A stretch of 64,000 nt of DNA, from NCBI GenBank assembly GCA_964494105.1, contig CAZBQI010000001.1, positions 67,126 through 131,125 on the forward strand, in the 5' to 3' direction. Shown here one piece after another: positions 28,618 to 39,021 of the stretch. The position numbers and the translations under genes are program-made. How positions within the stretch are numbered: position 1 is the stretch's first letter; each line of letters opens with the position of its first letter. The notes beneath the pieces were generated by a model. That model ran no database searches. It saw only the letters and a list, made by a program, of their open reading frames with translations, and was not told where the DNA came from. The DNA comes from an uncultured Candidatus Saccharibacteria bacterium (lineage in GTDB: Bacteria > Patescibacteriota > Saccharimonadia > CAZBQI01).

Positions 28618-30999
28618 GTGAAAGTGCCCATACTAACACAAAAACATCATAGTCTGCATCACGCGAAAACAAGGCGTCTCGAGCTAGTCTTAATCACATT
28701 GCTAATTGCTACACTAATTATTGGTTTTGTATCATTCAATTTTTACTCGCAGAACCAATCAGCCACAAGTGAATCGGTGCGACTAGCAAAAGAAGAACTT
28801 CAGATTGGGCAAGCCAAAAATGCTCAACAAACGATTAAATCTAAGCTTGGATTCTCGTTGTCTTACAACAAAGATATGTTTAATGTGACTGCTACCGAAT
28901 TTAGTGGTGAAGAGCCGAAAGACTATAATGATTCCCAAACTGCGGTAACTCGTAACTATGCAATTGTAGATATTTATCGACCTATCAACAGCGAGAATGA
29001 CGGGGTAGCTAAGTCATTTGATAGTTCAACTTTCGAAATCATAACTGATCGGACAAAAGAATTCTTTACTCAGAAACAGCTGGAACGCGGTCCGTTTTTA
29101 ACAGACCTCCAAGTAACGGAAGCCCGGTATAGGCCAGTAACAACCGAGGACGTTATTTATACTGAACTTAAGCGCGAGAAAGTAAATGTAGGTGACATTA
29201 ATTATTTGAAGGTTGAATATAGCGAGCAAAATCGCCGGTTCAAGCCAATTAACGGCGAAGAACCGAATAAAACCATTATTTATTACACCGTGCAAAATAA
29301 TCGACCATACGCGATAAAGATGCGTAGTCTGAATTCAGATTCAGCTAATTTGCCTTACTTTGAAACAGTTCTAAAATCAATAGAATACTCTTCACCTGCG
29401 GAAGACGCGCAATTCACATTGAACGATACGACTACTCAAAAACACAAACCAAAACTCACCTGGCTATTGGTAGAGGGTGTGGATGCTGCCGGTGAAAATA
29501 AAAGCGGCATCGATACCGAAACCATTGAAGTAGTAGCCAAAAACACTCCGGCGGTTGTTAGGGTTAATACGGGCTATTGCACAGAGCCGACTGTTAGTTA
29601 CAAAGGAAAGAATGCTCAATTACCCCGTGGATGCGTGTTTGGCCACGGTAGTGGTTTCTTTATTTCCGGGGATGGATATTTGGGTACCAATGGACATGTT
29701 GTAAGGCTTAGTCCGGACGATGCAGTTGCTGGCGCCATAGTGCTTGGTAACGAAAAACTCATCACTGAAGCTCTAAGGTTTTATTACTCGGTTATTGGCG
29801 CTTCTCCAGCGAGCGTCGCCCGTCTATTACCCGAAAGCTTACAAGTAATTCTAACGGACCCCCAAGAAGCTGCAGATTTCGCCAAAACGTTAATGGTGGC
29901 TCAGTTTGGAGCGAAGAACGAGTATTCCGAATATGCATTGCAGCTTGGCAAAACTCCCGTAGCTGTAAATAAACAAGCGATTATTGGTGGCACAGCAAGC
30001 GCTAGTCAGGAAATGTTTGGGTACGACGAAAAAACAGTCAAAGCGCAGTTAAAAGGTTTAAATTTTAACCCCGATGATTTACGTTCACCAACGGGTGAAT
30101 TCAGTGCTTCGGATGTAGCCATACTGAAAGCTAATGGTAATAATTTCCCCACCACTATACTTGGTGAGATTGATGGGCTGGTAAGCGGTGCAAGCATTAC
30201 AGTAATTGGTTTTCCCAGTATTGCCGAAAGCATTAGCGATCAGTTCGCACCGGCAAAAGCCACCGCCACCAAAGGCATAGTTAGTGCAGTGCGAGACGAC
30301 CGCGGAAATGGTAAGAAAATTATTCAATCCGACGTTACAATTAGCGAAGGTAACAGCGGTGGACCAGCCTATGATAATGCCGGTAAGGTAATTGGCCTTG
30401 CTACTTATACACTGAAGGATCCGGATGGAGCTGGCCGAGTTAGCTTAATGCGTGACATCGCCGACCTGAAAGAGCTGTTGTCTAAAGAGGGAATAAAAAC
30501 AGGTTCAATTAGCAAAACCCAAGAAGAATGGTCCAAAGGGCTAGAGGACTTTTTAGGGGCCAAGTACTCTAAAGCCATTAAGCATTTCGATGAAGTGCTT
30601 TTAGAATATCCGCCTCATGTTCTGGCTCAGGAATACATCGATTTAGCTCAAAAAAAGAAGGCCAATGGCGAGGAAGCCAGTGACCCGATTGCAAATACTG
30701 TGAGTTTTTCTCTATTTATACTATTGCTGTCAGCTGCAGTTGTAGTATTCGTTAAGGTGCGCTCACATCGCAAGAATTTACCACCAACAAATAGTTCAAA
30801 TGCGTCGGGCGTATCATCGTCATCAGCACAATCAACGCCTCCAACAACTACTCAACCGAATCAAACTATTGCTCAGACGCCAAGTCAGTCAATCGTAGCA
30901 CCAAAGGCTGCGCCCACTAGCTCTTCTGTCGTTGCTACACAAGCGCATCAAGCAGGAGGAGTATATTATCCCGCTGTTGACGAGACAGCCAATAAGTAA
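28618..30999 (+). CDS. Membrane-anchored trypsin-like serine protease
   Basis: GSGFFIS..GYLGTNGHVV, SDVAILK, ISEGNSGGP triad; N- and C-terminal TMs; TPR-like helix; low-complexity tail. Confidence 0.88.
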   Translation: MKVPILTQKHHSLHHAKTRRLELVLITLLIATLIIGFVSFNFYSQNQSATSESVRLAKEELQIGQAKNAQQTIKSKLGFSLSYNKDMFNVTATEFSGEEPKDYNDSQTAVTRNYAIVDIYRPINSENDGVAKSFDSSTFEIITDRTKEFFTQKQLERGPFLTDLQVTEARYRPVTTEDVIYTELKREKVNVGDINYLKVEYSEQNRRFKPINGEEPNKTIIYYTVQNNRPYAIKMRSLNSDSANLPYFETVLKSIEYSSPAEDAQFTLNDTTTQKHKPKLTWLLVEGVDAAGENKSGIDTETIEVVAKNTPAVVRVNTGYCTEPTVSYKGKNAQLPRGCVFGHGSGFFISGDGYLGTNGHVVRLSPDDAVAGAIVLGNEKLITEALRFYYSVIGASPASVARLLPESLQVILTDPQEAADFAKTLMVAQFGAKNEYSEYALQLGKTPVAVNKQAIIGGTASASQEMFGYDEKTVKAQLKGLNFNPDDLRSPTGEFSASDVAILKANGNNFPTTILGEIDGLVSGASITVIGFPSIAESISDQFAPAKATATKGIVSAVRDDRGNGKKIIQSDVTISEGNSGGPAYDNAGKVIGLATYTLKDPDGAGRVSLMRDIADLKELLSKEGIKTGSISKTQEEWSKGLEDFLGAKYSKAIKHFDEVLLEYPPHVLAQEYIDLAQKKKANGEEASDPIANTVSFSLFILLLSAAVVVFVKVRSHRKNLPPTNSSNASGVSSSSAQSTPPTTTQPNQTIAQTPSQSIVAPKAAPTSSSVVATQAHQAGGVYYPAVDETANK

Positions 31000-31034
31000 T
31001 AAGTAAGCTAAACTAGAAAGAAGGAGCCAAATAA

Positions 31035-31844
31035 ATGGACGACCAAAACCAACCCCAACCTACCAGTAATCCACCTGTACCTCCAGATCTGCCATCAGCA
31101 CCCATTACACAGCCAGTCATGCTAGCGACTTCTACGGCTCAAACTACGCCAGAACAAACAGAACCTGTTGATTCTCAGGCACCACTCGTATCTCCACAGC
31201 AACCACTTCAGCCTCAGCAAAATCCTAGCGTGCCACCACCAGTTCAACAAGCTCAAACGCCAGAGACGAGCAAGAAGAAGCGGAAATGGCCCAAGATTGT
31301 ACTAGTAATAGTCGTGGTTATCGTGTCCCTGTTTACTATTCTTGCTGTTTTCGGCGCCCTAATGAAGCCCGACCTGACTTTAACTGAATATAAAAATAGT
31401 GAATTCGATTACACTATTCTGCGCCCTGCCAAGTGGAGCGAAGACACGAAATCGTCTATTGGCGCTAAGTCTACTTTGTTTACAGATAAGATTGATAAAG
31501 ACAAAGAGCTATACCGTGCTTATATGGAAATTAGTGCTACAGCTCAGAAATATCCGGATTCAGTTTCTGACGCCGATGAGCTGTTTGATCAAATTCAATC
31601 AAGCATCAAGACAGAACTTAGTGGGTTTGCCCCAACCACAACAGACAACTCAGATTTCAAGGGCAATAAAGCGCGTCGTCTCGAGGGTACGTACAAATCC
31701 GGCTCGGAAGTTGGTAAAGCAATTGTACTAATTATTCTTGAACCAGACGGACAGGCGCAGGCATTGTTATTGGCATCGCCGGAAAAAACTTTTAAAACTT
31801 ACGAAAAGGCTTTTAACGAAATTATTGAGTCGTTTAACCCATAG
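31035..31844 (+). CDS. Membrane protein: Pro/Gln-rich N-terminus, TM, PsbP/DUF1795-like domain
   Basis: YKNSEFDYTILRPAKW...FNEIIESF pattern; SD AAGGAG. Confidence 0.7.
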   Translation: MDDQNQPQPTSNPPVPPDLPSAPITQPVMLATSTAQTTPEQTEPVDSQAPLVSPQQPLQPQQNPSVPPPVQQAQTPETSKKKRKWPKIVLVIVVVIVSLFTILAVFGALMKPDLTLTEYKNSEFDYTILRPAKWSEDTKSSIGAKSTLFTDKIDKDKELYRAYMEISATAQKYPDSVSDADELFDQIQSSIKTELSGFAPTTTDNSDFKGNKARRLEGTYKSGSEVGKAIVLIILEPDGQAQALLLASPEKTFKTYEKAFNEIIESFNP

Positions 31845-31861
31845 TTATCAGAGGAGTAAAA

Positions 31862-32503
31862 ATGGTCAACAAAATAAAGAGTCACGCCCATATTGAACGG
31901 AAATGGAACGTCCTGGCAATTCTTGGCTTTGTGCTTGCATTTATACCGGTTTGGGCGTTAATTGCACCTGCTTTAGGTGTGATATCGCTAATTCAGATAA
32001 AGACAACCAAAGAAAAAGGGAAGGGCCTGGCGATAGCTTCTATAGTATTACCGATATTCTTTATCATTTTCATTTCATGCTTAATTGGATTTTTAATTAT
32101 CAGGGCTGAAAATCAAACAAGAAAAGAGGCTGAAAAATATGGACTAAGTAGTGGGTCGTATACTCAGCTGAGGAATTCGGTAGAGAATGATTGTTATAAG
32201 TATTTGCAGGCTCTCGATGCGGATATTAACAACACTAACAACGAACCATATGTTGCGAGCGATATAGATATATATAAGGTATCTGGTGATTTTGCAAGCG
32301 GGGATCGCACGTGTGGAGCAAGCCGTTTGAAAGAGAAGTTTATTGCAGAAAATAGAGGCAGATGGAAGGTAATTTTTACTGGGGAATATCCCGATTGTAG
32401 TTGGGCCGAGGAATACAATGTTCCGGCAGATATCGCACCAAAATGCCTGAGCGAACAGGGTGAGTTACAAAATCGATCAAGCCAAGTCCTATCTTCGCTT
32501 TAG
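31862..32503 (+). CDS. DUF4190-like membrane protein with Cys-containing extracellular domain
   Basis: NVLAILGFVL...LGVISLIQIK..EKGKGLAIASIV. Confidence 0.7.
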   Translation: MVNKIKSHAHIERKWNVLAILGFVLAFIPVWALIAPALGVISLIQIKTTKEKGKGLAIASIVLPIFFIIFISCLIGFLIIRAENQTRKEAEKYGLSSGSYTQLRNSVENDCYKYLQALDADINNTNNEPYVASDIDIYKVSGDFASGDRTCGASRLKEKFIAENRGRWKVIFTGEYPDCSWAEEYNVPADIAPKCLSEQGELQNRSSQVLSSL

Positions 32504-32539
32504 GGCGGTATCAAATTGGCTAAGGTATACTGAAGTAGC

Positions 32540-35182
32540 ATGAAACGGTTAGTAGTAATTGATGGTAAGTCTGTATTCTATCGGGGTTATTACGCCATGC
32601 CCAACCTGGCTACTCGCGATGGTACTCCGACGGGTGGAGTTTACGGTTTTGCCGTTTTGGCCCTGCAGATACTAAAAAAGCTCTCGCCCGACTACGTCGT
32701 TGTGGCTTGGGATAAAAGCAAAACTAATATTCGTTCTCGGCGCAAGTTGTACCCGGAGTACAAGGCCAATCGCAAACCAATGCCCGATGACATGCGCGAG
32801 CAAATTCCAGTCTTAAGAGAGCTACTAGAAGGTTTCAGCTGGCCGCTAATGGAAGTAGACGATTACGAAGCCGATGACATTATGGGGGCGCTAGCTAAAC
32901 AGGCACAGGCCAAAGGTATTGAAACAATCTTAGTAACCAGCGATATGGATTTACTACAGCTGGTAGACGGGAATATACAGCTTTATACGCTAAAAAAAGG
33001 CCTGACAAACATTGTGCACTACGACGACGCGCTTATTCAGGCAGAATTTGGTTTTAGCAAAGAAAAGTTTGACGATTACAAAGCGCTAAAAGGCGACAGC
33101 AGCGACAACATACCTGGAGTAGTGGGCATTGGTGATAAAACAGCCAAAGATTTGGTGCAAAAATACGAAACCCTAGAGAATATCTACGAACATATTGATA
33201 ATTTTAAGGGTGCTCTACGAAAGAATTTAGAAGAAAACAAAGAAATGGCTTTCTTAAGTCGAGAACTGGTGCACATTATGGTTGATGCCCCTGTAAAATT
33301 AGATTTAAAGGCGGCAGACGTGCAAGATGCCAACCCGGCTAAGATCGCCGATTTGTTCCAGCAACTTTCATTTAAGCGATTGATCGAGGAACTGCCTAGT
33401 CAAATGAAGGCGGAGCAACAACTGTTTACAACAGCAAACGAGCCAAAAAATGACTCACTCGATGTTAGGCCGACGAAAGTAATTGCCGATACAAAAGAGT
33501 TGGCTAGTGTTGTACCGAAAAGTACCAAAGAAGTTGTTCTATACTCATTTTTTAATCCACATGAATCATGGCAACTTCCCGTGCTGGACGGCGTATTATT
33601 TACGCTCGATGGTAAGCAATCGTATCTGATAGAAGGTAAAGAGAAGGCTCTATTGAAGACTTTTGGTACTCTATTGCAAAACAATAATATTGGCTTGATT
33701 GGTTATGACCTAAAGCAAGACATAGAAGCCTGGATTGATGTTGGAATTAGTTTAGAAAAGGTAACTTTTGATGTCATGGATGGTGCGTTTTTGCTGAATG
33801 CACTACTGCGCGAACAAACTTTGCATGATTTAGCTCAAGTCGAGCTTGGCATAAAACTGCCGGAGTTTGAACGCACTAGCGCAATAGATCACTCCCTGGC
33901 TGGTGCTGTAATGACTGCAATATGGAAGCTGTTTCAAACATATGAGAAGCAAATAAACAAATTGCCAAAAGTTTTGAAGGTTGCTGAGGAAATTGAATGG
34001 CCAATTATCCCTGTTCTGGCTCGCATGGAGTACCAGGGAATTCAGCTCGAAAGTAGCTATCTGGATAAAATGTCCAAAGATTTTGAACAAAAAATTGCCA
34101 GTGTTACCGAGCTTATTTATAAAGAATCAAAAACCGAGTTCAATATTAGCTCACCTGCGCAATTGCAAACTGTTCTGTTCGAAACTTTGGCCCTGCCAAA
34201 AGCTTTTGTTAAAAAAACCAAAACTGGCTATTCTACGGCGGCTAGCGAGCTCGAAAAACTGCGAAGTCTGCACCCCATAATTGACCTTATTACCCACTAT
34301 CGCGAACTAACAAAGCTCAAAAGCACCTATGTAGATGCCCTGCCGAAGCTGGTAGATAAACAGGGGCGTTTGCACACGAGCTTTAAGCTGACGGTAGCAC
34401 AAACCGGCCGTTTAAGCAGTGATAACCCGAACCTAATGAATATACCGGTGCGTACAGAGGCCGGACGGCTAATACGCAACGCTTTTGTGGCTAAAAGTGG
34501 CAATATGCTTATCAGTGCCGATTACTCGCAGTTTGAGCTACGCATTGCGGCGTGCTTAGCTAATGATAAAAACATGATTCATGCGTTTAACCAGGGCATA
34601 GACATTCACGCCATGACAGCTGCAGAGCTGGCCGACAAAGAAATCGGCGATGTTACCAAGTTTGAGCGCCGTGCCGCTAAGGTAGTTAATTTTGGCGTGC
34701 TGTACGGCATGAGTCCGCACGGCTTAAGTGTGGCAACGGGAATGACACGGGATAAAGCCAAGGAATTTATAGAGAGATACTTCGAGGTGCGCCAACCCCT
34801 GGTTAAATACCTGGATGGTTTGGTTACTCAAGCTAAAGCGGATGGTTATGTAGAGACACTATTTGGCCGGCGCCGGCCAGTGCCAGACATTCACTCGAGT
34901 AATTTTGTAGTGCGTAACGCCGCTGAGCGCCAAACCATGAACATGCCTATTCAGGGCACGGCTGCTGACCTGATGAAGTTGGCCATGATAGAGGTAGACA
35001 AACAGCTCGACGATGATTGCCAAATGTTACTGCAAATTCACGACTCGATTTTGGTTGAAGCTCCCAAAGCTAAAGCTAAGAAAATAGCAGAACGAGTAAA
35101 AAAAATCATGGAAAACATATATCAACTACCGGTAAGACTTGATGTTGACGTAGCCATTGGTAAAAACTGGGGCGAGCTTTAA
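32540..35182 (+). CDS. polA: DNA polymerase I
   Basis: IDGKS..YR.YYA, YKANR, YEADD, GDSSDNIPGV, TGRLSS..PNL.NIP, ADYSQFELR, AKVVNFGVLYG, QIHD. Confidence 0.98.
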   Translation: MKRLVVIDGKSVFYRGYYAMPNLATRDGTPTGGVYGFAVLALQILKKLSPDYVVVAWDKSKTNIRSRRKLYPEYKANRKPMPDDMREQIPVLRELLEGFSWPLMEVDDYEADDIMGALAKQAQAKGIETILVTSDMDLLQLVDGNIQLYTLKKGLTNIVHYDDALIQAEFGFSKEKFDDYKALKGDSSDNIPGVVGIGDKTAKDLVQKYETLENIYEHIDNFKGALRKNLEENKEMAFLSRELVHIMVDAPVKLDLKAADVQDANPAKIADLFQQLSFKRLIEELPSQMKAEQQLFTTANEPKNDSLDVRPTKVIADTKELASVVPKSTKEVVLYSFFNPHESWQLPVLDGVLFTLDGKQSYLIEGKEKALLKTFGTLLQNNNIGLIGYDLKQDIEAWIDVGISLEKVTFDVMDGAFLLNALLREQTLHDLAQVELGIKLPEFERTSAIDHSLAGAVMTAIWKLFQTYEKQINKLPKVLKVAEEIEWPIIPVLARMEYQGIQLESSYLDKMSKDFEQKIASVTELIYKESKTEFNISSPAQLQTVLFETLALPKAFVKKTKTGYSTAASELEKLRSLHPIIDLITHYRELTKLKSTYVDALPKLVDKQGRLHTSFKLTVAQTGRLSSDNPNLMNIPVRTEAGRLIRNAFVAKSGNMLISADYSQFELRIAACLANDKNMIHAFNQGIDIHAMTAAELADKEIGDVTKFERRAAKVVNFGVLYGMSPHGLSVATGMTRDKAKEFIERYFEVRQPLVKYLDGLVTQAKADGYVETLFGRRRPVPDIHSSNFVVRNAAERQTMNMPIQGTAADLMKLAMIEVDKQLDDDCQMLLQIHDSILVEAPKAKAKKIAERVKKIMENIYQLPVRLDVDVAIGKNWGEL

Positions 35183-35188
35183 TTTTAT

Positions 35189-36112
35189 ATGAATCCAGAA
35201 ACAACAATAACAAAACAACAAATACGTAGTATCTTTAAGCATCATAGTCTATCTCAAAATCCTGAAATTAATCGGATAACAATCGGATTCAGCAATGAGA
35301 TTCATCGAGTTGATGACTACATTCTAAAAATCTACGTCCACAAAGACGAGGAAGGCTCATTTGATAAAGAATCGAAGTTTTATCGAGAACTTTACGGCAA
35401 AGTGTTAGTGCCAAGACTGCTTGTTGCCGATAAAAGCAGAGAAATTATAAAGAAGCCGTATATTATTTATGAAATGATTCCTGGCCAATCACTTGGCAAT
35501 TGCTGGCACCTACTTAATGATGAGCAAAGGAGGGGAATTATCAAAGTTGTGTGTGAACAACTAAAAATAATCATGGCGAACTATCCTGATGGTATTTTAG
35601 ATAAAGCGGAGTCTTGGCAAGATTATATTGTTGGGAGGTTAGAGGAAAAGTTAGCAACCGACAAAATAATCCGAATAATTTCGAATCAAACGAAAAGTCT
35701 GATTAATCAATACATTGCGAAAAATCGACATGTTCTAGAGCCGGCAAGGCTTGAATATACGTATTGGGACTTACACCAAGACAATATTATTGTTGACAAT
35801 GGCGGCCGAGTTACTGGCCTAATTGATTTTGAGCACATTGATGTTGTTTCTGTAGACTACCTATTAAACACTGTCCGACGAATGGTTTTAGACCCGGCTC
35901 GAAATGTAAGCGTGGAGATGGAAAAATATGCCAAGGTTGAAGATTACGCACATGTAATGGATTGGTTCCGTGAGTTTCTACCAGAGGCTTTTAACTTTTC
36001 GCATCTCGAGACCCGACTGGACTTTTACGAGCTAGATGAAGACCTGCGGATTTTACCGGATTTTCCAAAAGCGAAAACGTTGCACGATAGTATTGCTAGG
36101 ATAGTAGGATGA
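35189..36112 (+). CDS. Aminoglycoside phosphotransferase/choline kinase-like protein
   Basis: GFSN, ILKI, VPRLL, WDLHQDNII, GLIDFE. Confidence 0.82.
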   Translation: MNPETTITKQQIRSIFKHHSLSQNPEINRITIGFSNEIHRVDDYILKIYVHKDEEGSFDKESKFYRELYGKVLVPRLLVADKSREIIKKPYIIYEMIPGQSLGNCWHLLNDEQRRGIIKVVCEQLKIIMANYPDGILDKAESWQDYIVGRLEEKLATDKIIRIISNQTKSLINQYIAKNRHVLEPARLEYTYWDLHQDNIIVDNGGRVTGLIDFEHIDVVSVDYLLNTVRRMVLDPARNVSVEMEKYAKVEDYAHVMDWFREFLPEAFNFSHLETRLDFYELDEDLRILPDFPKAKTLHDSIARIVG

Positions 36113-36645
36113 ATTCGTTTATTTTTGTTCGTCACGGTGAAAGCCAAGCCAATGCATCTGGCCTAATTGCCACGCTAGATTCACCACTAACAGAAAAAGG
36201 TAAAGAGCAAGCTCATAAAACTGGGCAAGAATTAAAAAACAAAGGTATTGATACAATTCTTTGTTCACCACTAACTCGAGCCAGACAGACTGCCGAAATT
36301 ATTGCCGGGGAACTTAAAATTAACTCATCAAAAATCCAAATAGTAGATGATTTGCAGGAGCGTCTTGCACCTGGTTTTGAAGGAAAACGAAAGGAACACC
36401 CAGGTGAGTGGTATATTACAACCGATGATCCGCGCGAGGAATCAAGGCAAGTACTGGTAGAACGCATGGCAAGAGCTTTGGACTTAATCAGAAAGGCCGT
36501 TGGTAAAAAAGAGAATGTTCTGGTAGTTGGTCATGGAGCATCGGGTTACTATTTGTTTGAAGTTGCTAAAGGCAAAACCAAGTACAGTGAGTTTGAGCCC
36601 CCAGAACTTATGTTGAACGCTGATTACGTAAAAGTAGAATTATGA
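36109..36645 (+). CDS. Histidine phosphatase family protein
   Basis: VRHGES, SPLTRARQTA, LQER, VVGHG. Confidence 0.9.
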   Translation: MNSFIFVRHGESQANASGLIATLDSPLTEKGKEQAHKTGQELKNKGIDTILCSPLTRARQTAEIIAGELKINSSKIQIVDDLQERLAPGFEGKRKEHPGEWYITTDDPREESRQVLVERMARALDLIRKAVGKKENVLVVGHGASGYYLFEVAKGKTKYSEFEPPELMLNADYVKVEL

Positions 36646-37208
36646 TTAAGGCGATAATTTTTGACTGTTTTGGCGTGCTGTACCCCGATGCGTCGTGGGA
36701 TTTTTTTAACAGTCTTAAAGACACCGGCAAACTAACGCGCGAAAAGTTGCTTGTGCACAACGAACAGGCAGACCTAGGGAAACTAAGCGAGGAAGAGTAT
36801 TACAAATACTACTCGGAACAAACAGGTATTCCTGTGCAGTCAATTAAGGACGGTGTGTACGCCAATTTTAGCCCTAATAAAGAAGTTTTTGAGGTGTTAA
36901 AAAAAATGGCCAGTAAATATCAGATTGGCTTGGTAACCAATGCCACAGTTTTTGATATGTTTATGCTCAAACGCGACGGAGTAGAAAAATATCTAGACTC
37001 AATAATCGTTTCGGCGAGCGTTGGTGTGACAAAGCCAAGTCCAAAAATATATCACTTGTCTGCTGAAGAATTAGGGGTTGAGCCAGAGCAGTGTATCTTT
37101 ATTGATGACCGCCAGCGCAATTTGGACGGAGCGACCAAAGTTGGCATGAAATGTGTTCTGTTTAAAAATGCCAAGCAACTAAATCAAGAATTGAAGCGAG
37201 TGCTATGA
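36642..37208 (+). CDS. HAD-superfamily phosphatase
   Basis: IIFDCFGVL, VTNA, KPSP, FIDDRQRN. Confidence 0.9.
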   Translation: MIKAIIFDCFGVLYPDASWDFFNSLKDTGKLTREKLLVHNEQADLGKLSEEEYYKYYSEQTGIPVQSIKDGVYANFSPNKEVFEVLKKMASKYQIGLVTNATVFDMFMLKRDGVEKYLDSIIVSASVGVTKPSPKIYHLSAEELGVEPEQCIFIDDRQRNLDGATKVGMKCVLFKNAKQLNQELKRVL

Positions 37209-37825
37209 GTCAGCGGGATTTTTGGGAAGAGTGGAATAAGGAACATAAAGATACAGAGCAGGCCAGCGAATCAGTAAAGGAATTTGGCTATCTTATTAAC
37301 CCCGGCTGCAAAGTTTTAGAGTTGGGATGTGGCCCGGGAGTAGATGCTTCGTACTTAGCCAAAGATCATAAGGTTATTGCCACTGATTTTGCCGAGTCTG
37401 CCATTAGGCAGAACAAACAAGAGTTTAAGCAGTTAAAGAACCTGGAATTCATACAGCATGACACCAGCGAGCGGCTACCCTTTAAAGATGAAATATTCGA
37501 TGGCATCTATGCTAGGCTAACTCTGCATTATTTTGATGATAAAACTACCAGGGCAATTTTTACTGAAATTCATCGAGTATTAAAACCAAATGGAGTGTTT
37601 TATTTCGTTTGTAAATCTACTTTTGAACACTTTTTTGGCAAGGGGCGGAAAATAAACAAAGACACGTTTATTGATGATGCAAATAACTTGCGCCATTTCT
37701 TTTCAGAGGAATTCACCCGCAATAATCTAGAGGGGTTGTTTCGCGAAGAGAAGCTCGAGGTTAAAGATATGCTTATTTATGACAGCGATTCGAACGTGGT
37801 GGTATGTGTTGCTACTAAAATCTAG
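37205..37825 (+). CDS. Class I SAM-dependent methyltransferase
   Basis: VLELGCGPG, ATDF, LPF.DE.FD, RVLKPNG. Confidence 0.9.
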   Translation: MSQRDFWEEWNKEHKDTEQASESVKEFGYLINPGCKVLELGCGPGVDASYLAKDHKVIATDFAESAIRQNKQEFKQLKNLEFIQHDTSERLPFKDEIFDGIYARLTLHYFDDKTTRAIFTEIHRVLKPNGVFYFVCKSTFEHFFGKGRKINKDTFIDDANNLRHFFSEEFTRNNLEGLFREEKLEVKDMLIYDSDSNVVVCVATKI

Positions 37826-38304
37826 CCAACCTGTGCAACTTCGACTAAACGCACTAGTGGTATTTGCCTGTCACCGGCCTGCTTTTGATAATCCTCATAC
37901 CATGAGCGATCTGCCGTGAGGGCTGCCCATGTTTCGGAATAATCATCACCAGTGAGAATCTGTGGCTCAACGTCATGTAGTCCGTTTTGTGCTAGTACGG
38001 TGATGAGTGGATCGCCTCGATCTCGTATATTTAAAAACCAGGCGGGATCATGTTCGGCACCCTGAAATGAAGCCACGACTATAGAATTACCGGTGGCATC
38101 TTGCCAAATAGGCAGTGCAACTTTGCGTTCTTCACCAGATTTGCGCCCCTTGGTGTAAAGCACTATATTTTCCATGCCTCCCATTTGCCATAGAGGTGTA
38201 TTTGGGTCTTTTTCTAGTTCACTTACGTGCCATGCACTTATCTTGGTTATTTCCGCAGGAGTAAGATCATCCCAGTCACGTTCCACCCCTTGATCTGTAG
38301 GCAT
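37822..38304 (-). CDS. Deazaflavin (F420H2)-dependent nitroreductase/quinone reductase family (Ddn-like)
   Basis: LYTKGRKSGEER, VVAS..GA..DPAWFLNI, YEDYQ....RQIPLVRL. Confidence 0.85.
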   Translation of the reverse strand: MPTDQGVERDWDDLTPAEITKISAWHVSELEKDPNTPLWQMGGMENIVLYTKGRKSGEERKVALPIWQDATGNSIVVASFQGAEHDPAWFLNIRDRGDPLITVLAQNGLHDVEPQILTGDDYSETWAALTADRSWYEDYQKQAGDRQIPLVRLVEVAQVG

Positions 38305-38369
38305 CCGCTCTCCCTCGAGTTAGAAAAAAAGTATAGCACCTTGCATACACCGATAAAAAGTAGTTGTGT

Positions 38370-38621
38370 TTAACCGTACTTGATTTTGTATATATCAACA
38401 ATCAATACAAGACATAGCAATATGCCGTTGCCAAATATTATGACAGGGTCGTTCCTGGCTATGCCATATGTAAGCCACAGGCTCAAAGAAACTGTGGCGA
38501 TCAGTAGCCATATAAGCGACAAGTCCTTGGTATGTTTAGTTTTTACCGTCTTAACAACTTGCGGTATAAAACCAATAACACCTAGAATTCCGGCTGCAGA
38601 GCCAATGGCGTCAATAATCAT
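38370..38621 (-). CDS. SemiSWEET/PQ-loop transporter
   Basis: FIPQVVKTVKTKHTKDLS, WLTYG, GN motif; 3 TMs. Confidence 0.9.
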   Translation of the reverse strand: MIIDAIGSAAGILGVIGFIPQVVKTVKTKHTKDLSLIWLLIATVSLSLWLTYGIARNDPVIIFGNGILLCLVLIVDIYKIKYG

Positions 38622-38643
38622 TACATAACTGTATAATTAGTGG

Positions 38644-39021
38644 ATGGCAAAAACAAATTACCTCGCTGTTTACGGCACGCTTAAGCGCGAATTTGATTTA
38701 CCGATTATGAAAAAAGTTGAATCTGCGCTGTCGTATGAACAAGAGTGTGTTATACCAGGCAAGATATACGATTACGGCAGATACCCGGCCTTGGTTTTGG
38801 GTGAGGGCAAAGTGCATGCAGAACTTTACAAAATACACGATGAATCTGCACTTAAATTACTTGATGAGTACGAAGCAGTTGATAACGAACACAGTGAGTG
38901 GCCGGGTTTTCGCCGCACAAGGGTTACTTTGATTGAACCGAAAATTTTGTGCTGGGTGTATGAATATACCGGGAGCTTAGAGGGCGTGTCGCTGGTTGAA
39001 TCAGGCGAGTGGCATGCCTGA
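38644..39021 (+). CDS. Gamma-glutamylcyclotransferase (AIG2-like)
   Basis: VYGTLK, GRYPAL, LDEYE, WVYEY. Confidence 0.9.
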   Translation: MAKTNYLAVYGTLKREFDLPIMKKVESALSYEQECVIPGKIYDYGRYPALVLGEGKVHAELYKIHDESALKLLDEYEAVDNEHSEWPGFRRTRVTLIEPKILCWVYEYTGSLEGVSLVESGEWHA

